64,000 nt of DNA from an uncultured Nitrospiraceae bacterium (GCA_963705105.1 CAVPIW010000008.1:1-64000); one strand, 5' to 3'. Positions 43,228 through 53,325 are shown, numbered from the stretch's first letter. The notes: generated from the letters alone by a model not told the origin. Numbers and translations: made by a program.

Positions 43228-43394
43228 CCTACGATCCTCATTTCGTGATACAATGCTCATAGGACGCTCCCTTGTCTTTAATGACAAGGGCCCAACGGTT
43301 CTGGAACGCGCACAGGCGATCGTCTTTTCCCTGTGCGACGTATTCAATAACTTCCCTTTCGGAAATTATGCCTATGCGCACGAGGAGGATCATC

Positions 43395-44636
43395 ATGGCA
43401 AACCCTGATATTCTTGCTTTTGTTCTTGCCGGCGGCAAAGGGGAGCGTCTCTTTCCCCTGACCGCCTTCCGTTCGAAGCCTTCCGTACCCTTCGGAGGCC
43501 GTTACCGGATCGTTGATTTCGTCCTGAGCAACATGGTGAATTCGAAGATCTACTCGATTTATCTGCTCGTTCAATACAAATCGCAATCCCTCATTGAGCA
43601 CGTGAGACGGAACTGGGCGCTGTCGTCTGTGATGAAGGACCATTTCGTGACAATCGTTCCGCCTCAGATGCGGATCGGACCGGAGTGGTTCCAGGGAACG
43701 GCCGATGCCATATTCCAGAACATCGATCTCATCAGGCAACACGCGCCTGAGCTTGTCGTCATCTTCGGCGCCGATCACATTTACCGGATGGATCTCCGGC
43801 AAATGGTCGATTTCCACATCGCTTCCGATGCGGCCGTCACCGTTGCGGCTCGCCCCGTCCCCGTCGAACAGGCGAGCGCCTTCGGCGTCATCGTGACGGA
43901 CGGAGAGAAACGCATCACCGGTTTTCTGGAAAAACCGAAAAAACCCGTCCCCATGACTGACGACCCGAACCGTGCCTATGTATCGATGGGCAACTACATC
44001 TTCTCGACGGACACCCTCATCGAGGCGCTTATCAGGGCGGAGAGAAAAAAACAGCATGACTTCGGAGCCCATATCCTGCCCGATCTCGTAAAGGGCGGCA
44101 GGGTCTTCGCCTATGATTTCGAAATGAACAACGTGCAGGGTGTACAGGAGTATGAAGAAAAGGGCTACTGGCGCGATGTCGGGACGATCGCCGCCTATTT
44201 CGAAGCGCACAGGGACATGCTGAGCTATTTCCCTTTGTTCGAAATCAACAATCCCCTGTGGCCGATCCACCCGTCTGGTTACCAGGGACCGGCATCCAAG
44301 GTCTTCAAGGCGAACATCGAGAACAGCATCATCGCGGAAGGTGTAATAATCCAGGACGCGACAATCCGCAACTCCGTCATCAGGAGCGGTGTCGTCATCG
44401 AGGAGGGCGTCACCCTCGACGACTGCATCATCATGGACGAGGTCGTCCTCAAAAAGGGATGCAAACTAAAAAACGTCATCGTCGACAAACAGAACGTCAT
44501 CGCCGAAGGAGAGCAGATCGGGTACGATCAGGAGAAGGACAGGTTTCATTGCCATATTGACGCATCGGGGATATCGATCGTCCCCAAGAAGGGCAAGCTC
44601 AAGAAATCGCCGAAGGCGTTTTTTAAGAATGTTTAA
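43395..44636 (+). CDS. glgC: Glucose-1-phosphate adenylyltransferase
   Basis: LAGGKGERLFPLT, KPSVPFGG, FQGTADA, ADHIYRMD and YWRDVGT. Confidence 0.95.
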   Translation: MANPDILAFVLAGGKGERLFPLTAFRSKPSVPFGGRYRIVDFVLSNMVNSKIYSIYLLVQYKSQSLIEHVRRNWALSSVMKDHFVTIVPPQMRIGPEWFQGTADAIFQNIDLIRQHAPELVVIFGADHIYRMDLRQMVDFHIASDAAVTVAARPVPVEQASAFGVIVTDGEKRITGFLEKPKKPVPMTDDPNRAYVSMGNYIFSTDTLIEALIRAERKKQHDFGAHILPDLVKGGRVFAYDFEMNNVQGVQEYEEKGYWRDVGTIAAYFEAHRDMLSYFPLFEINNPLWPIHPSGYQGPASKVFKANIENSIIAEGVIIQDATIRNSVIRSGVVIEEGVTLDDCIIMDEVVLKKGCKLKNVIVDKQNVIAEGEQIGYDQEKDRFHCHIDASGISIVPKKGKLKKSPKAFFKNV

Positions 44637-44646
44637 AGCGATCCCG

Positions 44647-44683
44647 GGGAGGTGGGGCCGTTCGCGGAACGGCCCCACCTCCC
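44647..44683. repeat. REP-like long hairpin between convergent genes
   Basis: GGGAGGTGGGGCCGTTC-GCG-GAACGGCCCCACCTCCC, a 17 bp perfect stem. Confidence 0.8.
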
Positions 44684-44695
44684 TGCCCGACAGGG

Positions 44696-45349
44696 TTACC
44701 CTTCTTTCAACGCCCCGGCGATCCTGAGTCCAAGGTCACGGGCCGCGGCGAGGGCCGGCTCCTGGTCTTCAAACCTGTTTTTCGCCACGCTGTCCACCGT
44801 GGCATCGGGCCCGAAGATCATTTTGAGACCCGACATGTCGCAGAGGTCGCCTTTGCCGCAACTGATGCACGGCACATTGCCCTGGACCCTGACGGACCCG
44901 AGGAAATTCATCCCCTCCTCCATCATATAGAACATGACTGCGTTGATGCCCATCTGGCAGGCCGGGGGCAGCATCTCAACGCCCTCGGGGATGGCGCAGG
45001 TGACGACGGCGCCTCCCGGTTTGCCCCTCATGAAACCCTTCAAGTGACGTAGCGGATAGAGACGTTCGAGAAAGGCCTTCGTCCTCGCGTCGAGCGTCGA
45101 ATAGGGGGTGAAGCCGCCGACAACGAGGGCATCGGCCTCCTTCGCCTTTTCGGCCAGCATGATGCCGTCGTCCTCGATCACGCAGCGGTTCGTCTCGACA
45201 CATCCGAGACAGGCCCTGCAGGGCTCTACCGTGAAATCAGCGAGTTTAATGAATTCCGTCTCCAGGCCCGTCGCGTCAAGGACCGCCCTGAGGGCCCTGT
45301 CGGTATTGCTGTTGGGAATCGGGGACCCTGAAACTCCCAGTACTTTCAT
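44696..45349 (-). CDS. Iron-sulfur flavoprotein / flavodoxin-family protein
   Basis: MKVLGVSGSP..SNT, CRACLGC...C and KAFLERL; AAGGAG RBS. Confidence 0.88.
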   Translation of the reverse strand: MKVLGVSGSPIPNSNTDRALRAVLDATGLETEFIKLADFTVEPCRACLGCVETNRCVIEDDGIMLAEKAKEADALVVGGFTPYSTLDARTKAFLERLYPLRHLKGFMRGKPGGAVVTCAIPEGVEMLPPACQMGINAVMFYMMEEGMNFLGSVRVQGNVPCISCGKGDLCDMSGLKMIFGPDATVDSVAKNRFEDQEPALAAARDLGLRIAGALKEG

Positions 45350-45791
45350 GTCATCTCCTTTCAGCCTGAATGATCCGTCCTTCTTTTTCTCCGGCGACAT
45401 ATGTCCGGATGCTCTCCTGCCATTATACCCGATCATCGGGGAAAGCTTGAGATTATTTCGAACAGGCCCGTGTCGGATTGACTTGTCTGACGGCCTCTAA
45501 GGATAATAGAAACAGAGAGAAAAGCCGGGGAGAACGTATTCGGCATACCGTTGCCGTGCACGAAACGAGGCTGTCAACCAGGCGCTGCTCCGGACTTTCA
45601 ATTTTCCGTTTTTCCGCGGAAGGGTTGTTTTTTTGCCCATGAGACGGGACGGCGGACATTATCGCCGTGATACAATTCGTCGATAATTAATGAAAAAGTG
45701 CTCATTGACCGCTGATGCCGGATTCCTCCGGACAGAGGCGCTTCGCCCTGCTTTTATCATGCAGATGGAAATTTGACACGCAGGTTTTCGG

Positions 45792-47183
45792 ATGGAGAGC
45801 GAACAGAGGAAAGACAATAAACCGTTCCTGCGACGGTTCATACCGCCGTTCCGCCTGAGCATTGCAAACAAGCTCCTGGCAGGGTTTCTCATCAATGCGT
45901 TGCTTCTTATCATCATCGCGGCTTTCAGCCTGTCGAATCTGAACCGCCTCAACTCGATCAACGACAGCATCATTCAGGCGGACATGCCCCTCATCGATGC
46001 CACGGAAAGAATGATTGACGCGGTCCTTGCACAGGAATCCTACGGGAAGCGCTACATGATCCTGAAGTCCTCTGACATGCTCGACCTCTTCTGGCAACGG
46101 AGCGAGGAATTCAGATCAATCATCGACAGGGTCAGGGGGCTTCCGAATGCCGGGGAGGTCCCCGTTGATCGTCTCACATCCCTCCATACCGAGTATGACA
46201 CTCTCTTCAGAAATGCGTTCTGGGAGCGCGCCGCATCCTCAGCAGCGCCCCAGGCCTATGATGAGCCGGTCAAGAGGAAGCAGGAAGAACTCGTTTCTCT
46301 TCTCCAGAATATCGCCTCACAGACCCGTCAGCATCAGAACGCGAAAAACCGTTCGACGATGGCCATCGGGAAGGAAACGTTCAGGATCACCCTTGCCCTG
46401 TGCGTCCTCGCCGTGCTTTCCGGCATCGTTTCCGCAATGGCTATCACGAAGAGCATATTGGCGCCGATCCTGCGGCTGAAAAAAGCGACGAAGGAGGTCG
46501 CAGAGGGAAGATTCAACCGTGTCCCCCTGTCCCTGAACCAGGATGAAATCGGCGACCTCTCGGTGGCCTTCAATGAAATGACGAGAAGATTGAAAAGACT
46601 CGAAGAGATGTATCTTGACGCAAGCCCCCTGACGAGGCTTCCCGGCGGCATCGCCATCGAAAACGTGCTCAGGAAGAGGCTCAGCGCCCGGGTTCCCCTC
46701 GCTTTCTGCCTCCTCGATATGGACAATTTCAAATCCTTCAACGACCGATACGGGTATGCGCGGGGCAGCGACGTCATCCTCGCCACGTCCCGGATCATCC
46801 TTGGAGCGGTCGCGGAATGCGGAAAAGAAGAGGATTTCGTGGGTCACATCGGAGGGGACGACTTCGTCATCATCACGGTGCCGGAGCGTTATGAAGCGGT
46901 ATGTGCCCGTGTTGTCGACGACTTTGACAGGATCATTCCCGATTTCTACGACCCCGAGGACAGGGAAAGAGGCTACATCGTCGGGAAGACCAGGCAGGGC
47001 CAGGGAATACGGTTCCCCCTCATCACCCTCTCCATAGCCATTGTCACGAACGAGAACCGCTCCTTTACGAGTCACCTCCAGATCGGGGAAATTGCCGCGG
47101 AGCTGAAGGATTACGCAAAAAAAATCCCGCGCAGCATCTATATCATAGACAAGAGGAAAAAACAGGCCGAAACAGGAGTATAA
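45792..47183 (+). CDS. Membrane HAMP-GGDEF diguanylate cyclase
   Basis: Two TMs, HAMP, SPLTRLPG, DMDNFKSFNDRYG and HIGGDDF. Confidence 0.88.
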   Translation: MESEQRKDNKPFLRRFIPPFRLSIANKLLAGFLINALLLIIIAAFSLSNLNRLNSINDSIIQADMPLIDATERMIDAVLAQESYGKRYMILKSSDMLDLFWQRSEEFRSIIDRVRGLPNAGEVPVDRLTSLHTEYDTLFRNAFWERAASSAAPQAYDEPVKRKQEELVSLLQNIASQTRQHQNAKNRSTMAIGKETFRITLALCVLAVLSGIVSAMAITKSILAPILRLKKATKEVAEGRFNRVPLSLNQDEIGDLSVAFNEMTRRLKRLEEMYLDASPLTRLPGGIAIENVLRKRLSARVPLAFCLLDMDNFKSFNDRYGYARGSDVILATSRIILGAVAECGKEEDFVGHIGGDDFVIITVPERYEAVCARVVDDFDRIIPDFYDPEDRERGYIVGKTRQGQGIRFPLITLSIAIVTNENRSFTSHLQIGEIAAELKDYAKKIPRSIYIIDKRKKQAETGV

Positions 47184-47212
47184 TAGAATATCTGCCCTGG
47201 AAAGGAATAGCG

Positions 47213-47797
47213 ATGATCACATACAGAATGTTCTCTTTTGTTTTTGGTTTGTTCATGCTCTTTGCGTTCTCCCATTGCGGGCTGAGGGTTGAACCGATAC
47301 CGCCACCTACACCTAAGATAATTGATTACGAACTCGAAACGGCCAGCTACGAGGCGTTGAGCCGGGACCCGCGGCCGGGCGTCGCCGCTGATGCATACCT
47401 CCGGCTCGCCTGGCTCTACGTCGACAATGAGAACCCGAAAAAGAGTTATCCGAAAGCCCTTGAGGCATTGAGCATTTACAGCGAGCTCGAACCTGAAAAG
47501 GCGAAGGAAGGGAATGTCCGGAACTGGCTTGAGGTGCTTCAGGAAATGTCACAGGAAACAAAAAGGGCCGACTCCTGCGACGAGGAGCTGGACAAGTCGG
47601 GCAAGGAATCGAAAAGGCTCAAGACCAGGTCTGATCAGCTGTCGAGAGAAGTGGGGGATTTGAGGGAAGCGAACGACCAGCTCCAGAAGAAATACCAGAA
47701 ACAGCAGGAGACGATCGAAAAGCTCCAGGAAACGATCGAGAAACTGAAGCATCTCGATCTGCAGCTCGAGGAAAAGAGAAGAAAAAGCATCAAGTAG
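47213..47797 (+). CDS. Putative lipoprotein with coiled-coil C-terminus
   Basis: FSHC lipobox-like motif; heptad region ending IEKLKHLDLQLEEKRR. Confidence 0.75.
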   Translation: MITYRMFSFVFGLFMLFAFSHCGLRVEPIPPPTPKIIDYELETASYEALSRDPRPGVAADAYLRLAWLYVDNENPKKSYPKALEALSIYSELEPEKAKEGNVRNWLEVLQEMSQETKRADSCDEELDKSGKESKRLKTRSDQLSREVGDLREANDQLQKKYQKQQETIEKLQETIEKLKHLDLQLEEKRRKSIK

Positions 47798-47804
47798 CGG
47801 ACAG

Positions 47805-48287
47805 ATGACGCGTTTCCTCATCATTGTCCTTTTGCTCTCCCTTTTATCCGGCTGCGCCCACGTCGTATCGCGGGAAATGCGGGACCGGAGCGATCAGGTC
47901 ACACCACTCGGCGAAATCTTCGGCGACCCTGCCCGTCACGAAGGCCGGATCGTGATTCTTGGCGGCATCATCATGAGCACGTGGAACACAGATGAGGGAA
48001 CATACGTGGAGGTCCTTCAGAAGCCCCTTGATTACCGGGGAAGGCCGACCCAGACGGACAGCACACTGGGAAGGTTCCTCGTGCTCCACAGGTCATACCT
48101 CGACACGGCGATATACGCGACCGGCAGGGAAGTGACCGCCGCCGGCGAAGTCATCGGCCGGAGGACGCTCCCCCTGGGGGAAATCGACTATCCCTATCTG
48201 CTCATCGAGGGCCGTGAGATCCATCTCCACTCCCCGGGAATGTCCTTCCCCGTCTTTTTCTCCATCGGCGTCGGGGTAGGTTTCTGA
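47805..48287 (+). CDS. Slp-family outer-membrane lipoprotein
   Basis: LSGC lipobox; VILGGII, EVLQKPLD..GRP and YLDTAIY..GREVT. Confidence 0.85.
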   Translation: MTRFLIIVLLLSLLSGCAHVVSREMRDRSDQVTPLGEIFGDPARHEGRIVILGGIIMSTWNTDEGTYVEVLQKPLDYRGRPTQTDSTLGRFLVLHRSYLDTAIYATGREVTAAGEVIGRRTLPLGEIDYPYLLIEGREIHLHSPGMSFPVFFSIGVGVGF

Positions 48288-48438
48288 ACTGCATCGCCAT
48301 CGGGCCGGATCATATTTTGATGACTCAATGACCAATGACTTGATGACTTAGATTAGACGGTGGCATCTTCACGCCGCTATTTCCCGGGATCTTTGTCAGC
48401 GACGAGGTTCATCGCCGGGGCCTGTTTGCCCCCGGGCC

Positions 48439-48467
48439 TTGACATTTCCCTGCCGATCTGGTAAAAA
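48439..48467 (+). promoter_or_regulatory. Sigma70 promoter
   Basis: TTGACA, 17 nt spacer, TAAAAA with an extended TG. Confidence 0.7.
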
Positions 48468-48473
48468 AGGAAC

Positions 48474-48557
48474 ATGATTCACGAAGGGAATATCTCCTTC
48501 GCCCTTGCCTTCTGGTACGGCTTCATTTTTCTGTCGTCTACCCCTGGCAAGGTTTGA
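48474..48557 (+). CDS. Aromatic-rich attenuator leader peptide (27 aa)
   Basis: MIHEGNISFALAFWYGFIFLSSTPGKV*, with 4 Phe, 1 Trp and 1 Tyr clustered, upstream of DAHP synthase. Confidence 0.8.
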   Translation: MIHEGNISFALAFWYGFIFLSSTPGKV

Positions 48558-48586
48558 ACGGAGAGTAAAAAAACCGAGCAACTGCG

Positions 48587-48623
48587 AAAGCCGAGGGTAG
48601 ACGGACGGGCCCCGGCTTTTTTT
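48587..48623 (+). terminator. Attenuator terminator
   Basis: AAAGCCG(A)GGG / CCCCGGCTTT stem followed by a T7 run; overlaps the antiterminator arm GGGTAGACG. Confidence 0.8.
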
Positions 48624-48695
48624 CGCATATGCCAATTGGAGAGGCCGGGTGCATAGCCCGGCCTCTCTCGTTTTTCGGACAATGAGGAGAAGAGC

Positions 48696-49715
48696 ATGAT
48701 CATCGTAATGAAGACAACGGCGACGAAACGGGAAAAGGAAGACGTGATCAGACGGATCAAAGAACTGGGGTATAAACCGCATGTCATACGCGGCACGACA
48801 CGGGATGTCATCGGCGCCGTCGGTGACGAGAGGGGCAAGGTCGTCCTCCAAACCATCGAATCGATGCACGGTGTCGAAAGCGTCGTGCCGATTCTCAAGC
48901 CCTATAAGCTTGCATCACGTGAAGTGCGGCGCGAAACGAGCATCGTGGAGATCACCAAGTCCGTTTCCATCGGCGGCAGGGAAATCATCGTTTTCGCAGG
49001 TCCCTGCGCCGTGGAGAGCGAGGGGCAGATCCTCGAAACGGCCAGGGCCGTGAAGGAGGCAGGCGCCCAGGTGTTCCGGGGCGGTGCTTACAAGCCGAGG
49101 ACGTCTCCGTACAGTTTCCAGGGGATGGGAGAGGAAGGGCTGAAGCTCCTCGCCAAGGCCCGCGAAGCGACGGGCATGCCTGTCATCACCGAAGTCGTCA
49201 ATCCGGAAACGGCGGAACTCGTGGCCGAGTATGCCGATGTTCTCCAGATCGGGACGAGGAACGCCCAGAACTTCGAACTCCTGAAACGCGTCGGCATGCT
49301 GAGAAAGCCCGTGCTCCTGAAACGGGGCATGTCCATGACCGTCCAGGAGTTGCTGATGAGCGCCGAGTATATCCTCAGCGAAGGCAACCAGTCGGTCATT
49401 CTCTGTGAACGGGGGATCAGGACCTTCGAGACGGCGACACGAAACACACTCGATCTTTCGGCGATCCCGGTCCTGAAGGAAAGGACCCACCTGCCCGTCG
49501 TCGTCGACCCCTCCCATGCGACGGGACATCACCGGTATGTGGCGCCCATGGCCTATGCCGCTGTCGCTGCAGGTGCGGACGGTCTCATGATCGAGGTGCA
49601 CCCCGATCCGGAACACGCCGCTTCGGACGGTCCCCAATCTTTGACGCCGAAGAATTTCGCAGAGGTGATGGCGAAACTGCGGTCCTTTGCGGAGGTGTCA
49701 GGCAGAAGCCTCTGA
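48696..49715 (+). CDS. aroF: DAHP synthase (type I-beta, with N-terminal regulatory domain)
   Basis: [48 protein letters not shown] and DPSHATG. Confidence 0.95.
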   Translation: MIIVMKTTATKREKEDVIRRIKELGYKPHVIRGTTRDVIGAVGDERGKVVLQTIESMHGVESVVPILKPYKLASREVRRETSIVEITKSVSIGGREIIVFAGPCAVESEGQILETARAVKEAGAQVFRGGAYKPRTSPYSFQGMGEEGLKLLAKAREATGMPVITEVVNPETAELVAEYADVLQIGTRNAQNFELLKRVGMLRKPVLLKRGMSMTVQELLMSAEYILSEGNQSVILCERGIRTFETATRNTLDLSAIPVLKERTHLPVVVDPSHATGHHRYVAPMAYAAVAAGADGLMIEVHPDPEHAASDGPQSLTPKNFAEVMAKLRSFAEVSGRSL

Positions 49716-49716
49716 T

Positions 49717-50064
49717 CTAAGAGCCTTCCTCTATCGAAAAGAGCGGGTCCTCCAGCGCTTCGTTGCGGCAGACGGGACATCGTCCGGGTTTCTTCATGCG
49801 GTCCCTCTTCGTGAAAACGAAACCGCATTTCCTGCAGGCAGCGGCAATGACGACAAGCGGGTGTCCGGTCCTGCCCAGAGACCGGTGTATGTGCTCGAGG
49901 TGTTCATAGACCTCGCGCTCGGGCAGTCTCACGGCCGCGGATATCTCCCGCGCCGTCACGGCCCCCTGGTGAAGCAGGGCCATGATCTGTTGCCTGATCG
50001 TTTCGTGCCGCTCTGCCGGGACGGGCGGTTCCCTGTCTCTCTTTTTCACCGGACATAACCCCAT
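49717..50064 (-). CDS. HTH plus zinc-ribbon predicted transcriptional regulator
   Basis: TIRQQI...EREVYEHLEHI, CRKCGFVF and PGRCPVC; exact start uncertain. Confidence 0.8.
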   Translation of the reverse strand: MGLCPVKKRDREPPVPAERHETIRQQIMALLHQGAVTAREISAAVRLPEREVYEHLEHIHRSLGRTGHPLVVIAAACRKCGFVFTKRDRMKKPGRCPVCRNEALEDPLFSIEEGS

Positions 50065-50148
50065 GCGTTCAAGGTCTATTCTTGGAAGGGTTTTGAACTA
50101 TATCTGGCTTCCCGGCGTCAGCCATTGGTGTCCAAAATGATCTGAAAC

Positions 50149-50183
50149 GAGGCACTTTGCCCCGCCTTTGCTCTGCAATGTAA
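50149..50183 (+). repeat. Remnant right end of the inverted-repeat element
   Basis: GAGGCACTTTGCCCCGCCTTTGCTCTGCAA. Confidence 0.6.
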
Positions 50184-50200
50184 ACCCTGCGCAGCCGGAA

Positions 50201-50440
50201 TCAGGTTTCCCAGATGTTGTATTCGTGGAGAAGCCTGATGCCCATGTAGTAGCAGCAGTGGTTATGATTGAGATCGTTGATGAAGGACCGTTCGCTGCCG
50301 TCCTGAAAGAGTATCCGTACAAAGCAGAACCCCCCGGGTAAATCCGAGTGGCGCTCCTCGACGACCTCCCCCGAACCCCAGGATATATGTCTCAGATGCC
50401 TTACCCTGTCTCCGACCTGAAGGAACAGTCTTTTCCGCAT
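50201..50440 (-). CDS. Small SH3-like (DUF3553-like) protein
   Basis: VGDRVRH...WGSGEVVEE; TGGTATAAT 7 nt upstream of the ATG. Confidence 0.7.
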   Translation of the reverse strand: MRKRLFLQVGDRVRHLRHISWGSGEVVEERHSDLPGGFCFVRILFQDGSERSFINDLNHNHCCYYMGIRLLHEYNIWET

Positions 50441-50470
50441 TACCTGTATTATACCAAAGGGTCCTTTGAC

Positions 50471-51361
50471 CTACCGGATACGGGTACCGTACATCGAATA
50501 GACAAAATGCCCCGTAATGGTGAAGGTGTCGCTCCCCCATTCATCGGGAAGAGGCCAGTAAGGCTCGGCATCCCTGAGGGCCCTGATCGCCGCATCGTCG
50601 AGGCTCCTGTGCCCGGACGTGCGGACCAGCTCGACGGACCCCAGTTTGCCGTTCTTCGTGATGGTGAACCGGATGTAGAGGTCCCCGTAGATGCCGTTTC
50701 GGGCGGCATCCTCCGGGTATCGCCAGATATGCTCGATCCGCTCCCTCAGTCGCTGGAGATACCCGTGATAACGGAAATCTTTCGTGTTGAAGGTGATCCC
50801 GCCGCTGTCCGGGCGCGAGCCGCCCGGTTCTCCCCTCTGGGGGAGCTTTGCTATGACATCGCGGTCAAAGATCTTGTCCCGCGTGCTGCCGGGTCCGCTG
50901 CCCGGCGATGGGACTTTCCGGGATGTCCCTGGTCCATCGGGTTTTCCTGCGCCCTGTCCGGGGATACCGCCCTTTGTTGATAAGACACCGTCAGGACTTT
51001 CTTTTACCCGAGGCGACGCCGTGTCGGTCTGTGAGGGGACATCGCGGGACGGCGCCGGGGCCTGACTCCGTCTCGCCTCCTGCTGTTCCGCCCGCGGGCG
51101 GGTCTCTCTGCGTGAAGGCGTGCTCTTCGGCGCCGGAACGGCAGGGGCGCTTCTCTGCCGGGGGGGGCTGACCTGCGCCGGCGGCCGCGGTTGCACGGGC
51201 CGGGAACCCCGGGGAGCGCTTTCAGTCCTCATTTCTTCGGGAGTTACGATCCGGGCGTACAATGGCGGCGTTCTCCTGGTCTTGTCTTCCTGAACGAAGA
51301 TAAGTGCCAGGATCAGCAGGAGAATATGCAGAATGCCTGAGTAGAGGACGAACCTTTTCAA
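50471..51361 (-). CDS. TonB-family energy transducer
   Basis: N-terminal TM with S-x3-H, Pro-rich linker, YPEDAARNGIYG and SGHRSLDDAA. Confidence 0.88.
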   Translation of the reverse strand: MKRFVLYSGILHILLLILALIFVQEDKTRRTPPLYARIVTPEEMRTESAPRGSRPVQPRPPAQVSPPRQRSAPAVPAPKSTPSRRETRPRAEQQEARRSQAPAPSRDVPSQTDTASPRVKESPDGVLSTKGGIPGQGAGKPDGPGTSRKVPSPGSGPGSTRDKIFDRDVIAKLPQRGEPGGSRPDSGGITFNTKDFRYHGYLQRLRERIEHIWRYPEDAARNGIYGDLYIRFTITKNGKLGSVELVRTSGHRSLDDAAIRALRDAEPYWPLPDEWGSDTFTITGHFVYSMYGTRIR

Positions 51362-51437
51362 ACTTTTCTATTTTACCACAGCGGGTAAGACCGCACCGAA
51401 CCGGCAAAGGCGGGAGGGACAGTATGGATTTTCCTCC

Positions 51438-51675
51438 CAGTTGCGCAAGAAAGGCGGGGCGTATGCGCCGAAAACCTTGCTGCGGCGACACCAATGGTCA
51501 GCCACGCAAAGAGTGGAATCCCGTAGGGGCCGTTCCCCGAACGGCCCGACATCGATGAAGCTATTTCAGGCCGACGGCTGAAAAAGGTGAACTTTTTGCT
51601 GACACTCACACTGTCACTGACACTGTATTTCAGAGCGCTTCGCCACGCCTTTCCATGCAACTCCTACTACAAGGT
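51438..51675 (+). repeat. Inverted-repeat element, copy H, containing a GTAG REP
   Basis: Closely matches 63732-64000 and the reverse complement of 59165-59448, with a ~30 nt internal deletion; its terminus overlaps the TAA of the adjacent gene. Confidence 0.92.
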
Positions 51676-52844
51676 TAAAGCAGGTGACGGAGAAACTGCA
51701 TGTACGAAATGAGGCCCCCCCTCCCTGATTCCTTTCTCAGAAATATCCGCATCGCAATCTCCCGGACTTCCGGCCGCTTATGGAGTAGCACCCATTTTTC
51801 GATGAGGTCATCGCTGCCGAAGAGGAGTTCTCTTAACGTATTCATAAGGAGGAACCTCTTCCTGAACGCATGTTCCCAAAGCTTGCGGTACATAGAGGGG
51901 CTGCTTTCACAGATCGCCTGAGCCGCGAACTCCCCTGATTTCATGGCATAGTAGATCCCCTCGTAGGTGATCGGCATGACCATGCCCGCGGCGTCGCCGG
52001 TGAAGATCACGTTCTTCCAGGAAAAAAGGGGGGACTTCCCCGAGGGAATCCTGAAGGTCCTTCTCTTCATTCCCCGGGATTCTTCCGGTAAGGCATCGGG
52101 CCTCCCGCCGAACCGCCGGTCGAGAAAGACCCTGAAGAGCGGGCCGAGGTCTCCTGAAGCGGTGCCGCCCGTCCCGATTGAAAAGCCGTCACCGGACGGG
52201 AAGACCCAGGAGTAAAACCCGGGCGCATGGCGCCTGCCGAACCAGAACTCGCAGCAGTCTCCGGGCTCACGGACGCCGTCGCTCCCTGAAAAGGTCTCCG
52301 ATGTGATATGTGTACTGATCGTCGGCAGGGAAGGGGGCCTGGGAATGCCGAGGGCGGATCCGACTTTCCCGGTGACGCCGTCGGCCGCGACGATATAGTC
52401 CGACTCGACCTCTACGGTTTGGAAAGACTTTCCATTGCTTCCGGCGACATTTCTCCGGATCGTCGAAACGATGGTTTTGCCGGTCCTCGAAAATCCCGAG
52501 AATTCGCCTTCCATGACCACCGCACCTTCGCGGCCGGCGAGTTCACGAAGCACCTCGTCAAAGAGGCCCCGGTCCGTCATTGCCAGGTATCCTCCCGTGA
52601 GCGCTATCTCCTGTGCCTCGCCGCGCGGTGACACGACGAGGATCTTTCTCGCTTCCTTCCTGACAACTGTGTGGGGGATCTTGAATTCTTCGAGGGCTGT
52701 GGAGGGGATCCCCCCTCCACAGGGTTTGACGAACGACATATTCCGCTCGACGAGTATCGTCTCCCTGCCTTGTCCGGCAAGAAACCGGGCAGCCGTGGCG
52801 CCGGCAGGTCCTCCGCCGATGACGAGGGTGTGGGTCCTCACCAT
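51675..52844 (-). CDS. Geranylgeranyl reductase-family FAD oxidoreductase
   Basis: GGGPAG, KPCGGGI, ADG, YSWVFP and GDAAG...EGIYYAMKSG. Confidence 0.88.
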   Translation of the reverse strand: MVRTHTLVIGGGPAGATAARFLAGQGRETILVERNMSFVKPCGGGIPSTALEEFKIPHTVVRKEARKILVVSPRGEAQEIALTGGYLAMTDRGLFDEVLRELAGREGAVVMEGEFSGFSRTGKTIVSTIRRNVAGSNGKSFQTVEVESDYIVAADGVTGKVGSALGIPRPPSLPTISTHITSETFSGSDGVREPGDCCEFWFGRRHAPGFYSWVFPSGDGFSIGTGGTASGDLGPLFRVFLDRRFGGRPDALPEESRGMKRRTFRIPSGKSPLFSWKNVIFTGDAAGMVMPITYEGIYYAMKSGEFAAQAICESSPSMYRKLWEHAFRKRFLLMNTLRELLFGSDDLIEKWVLLHKRPEVREIAMRIFLRKESGRGGLISYMQFLRHLL

Positions 52845-52881
52845 GAATGACGGTCAGTGCAGAACAGACGGCGAATCTAAC

Positions 52882-53325
52882 TTACGACTTCCCCCGTACC
52901 GTCATGACAGGACAAGTCGCATTTCTCACAACTCTTTCGGCCGTGCTTCCGAAAAGGACCCTGTCGAGACCCTTTCTCCCGTGGGTGCCTATCACGATAA
53001 GATCGACGGCGTTTTTCTCTGCAAATTTAAGGATTTCCTCATAGGGCACGCCCCGCAGGACGGTGAATTCAATATCCTTCATGTCCCTGCGCAGATCGAG
53101 GCCAAACCTCTCGAGTTCCTTCCGGGCGCTCGCCTCCATTTCCTTGTACATCTCATCGACTGAAATGTGAGGAATATAGAGACCGGAAGATGTTGAGATG
53201 TCGTACATAACGTGGAGCATCGAGAGTTTCGCTCCGTAACTCTTCGCCAGATCGACAGCGTAGGGGAGTGCATTGAGAGCCCCTTCGGAAAAATCGGTGG
53301 GGAAAAGAATCTTTTTAACCTCCAT
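52882..53325 (-). CDS. Universal stress protein
   Basis: KILFPTDFS and IGTHGRKG...FGSTAERVVR. Confidence 0.92.
   Translation of the reverse strand: MEVKKILFPTDFSEGALNALPYAVDLAKSYGAKLSMLHVMYDISTSSGLYIPHISVDEMYKEMEASARKELERFGLDLRRDMKDIEFTVLRGVPYEEILKFAEKNAVDLIVIGTHGRKGLDRVLFGSTAERVVRNATCPVMTVRGKS

Noticed and set aside
48570..48625. c-di-GMP-I or T-box riboswitch upstream of aroF
   Set aside because: Only a GCGAAAGC-like fragment matches. The T-box and GEMM consensus elements are missing, and the leader-peptide model explains the region better.
51675..52844. bchP/chlP as evidence of phototrophy
   Set aside because: The geranylgeranyl reductase family is widespread in non-phototrophs and no other photosynthesis genes are present.
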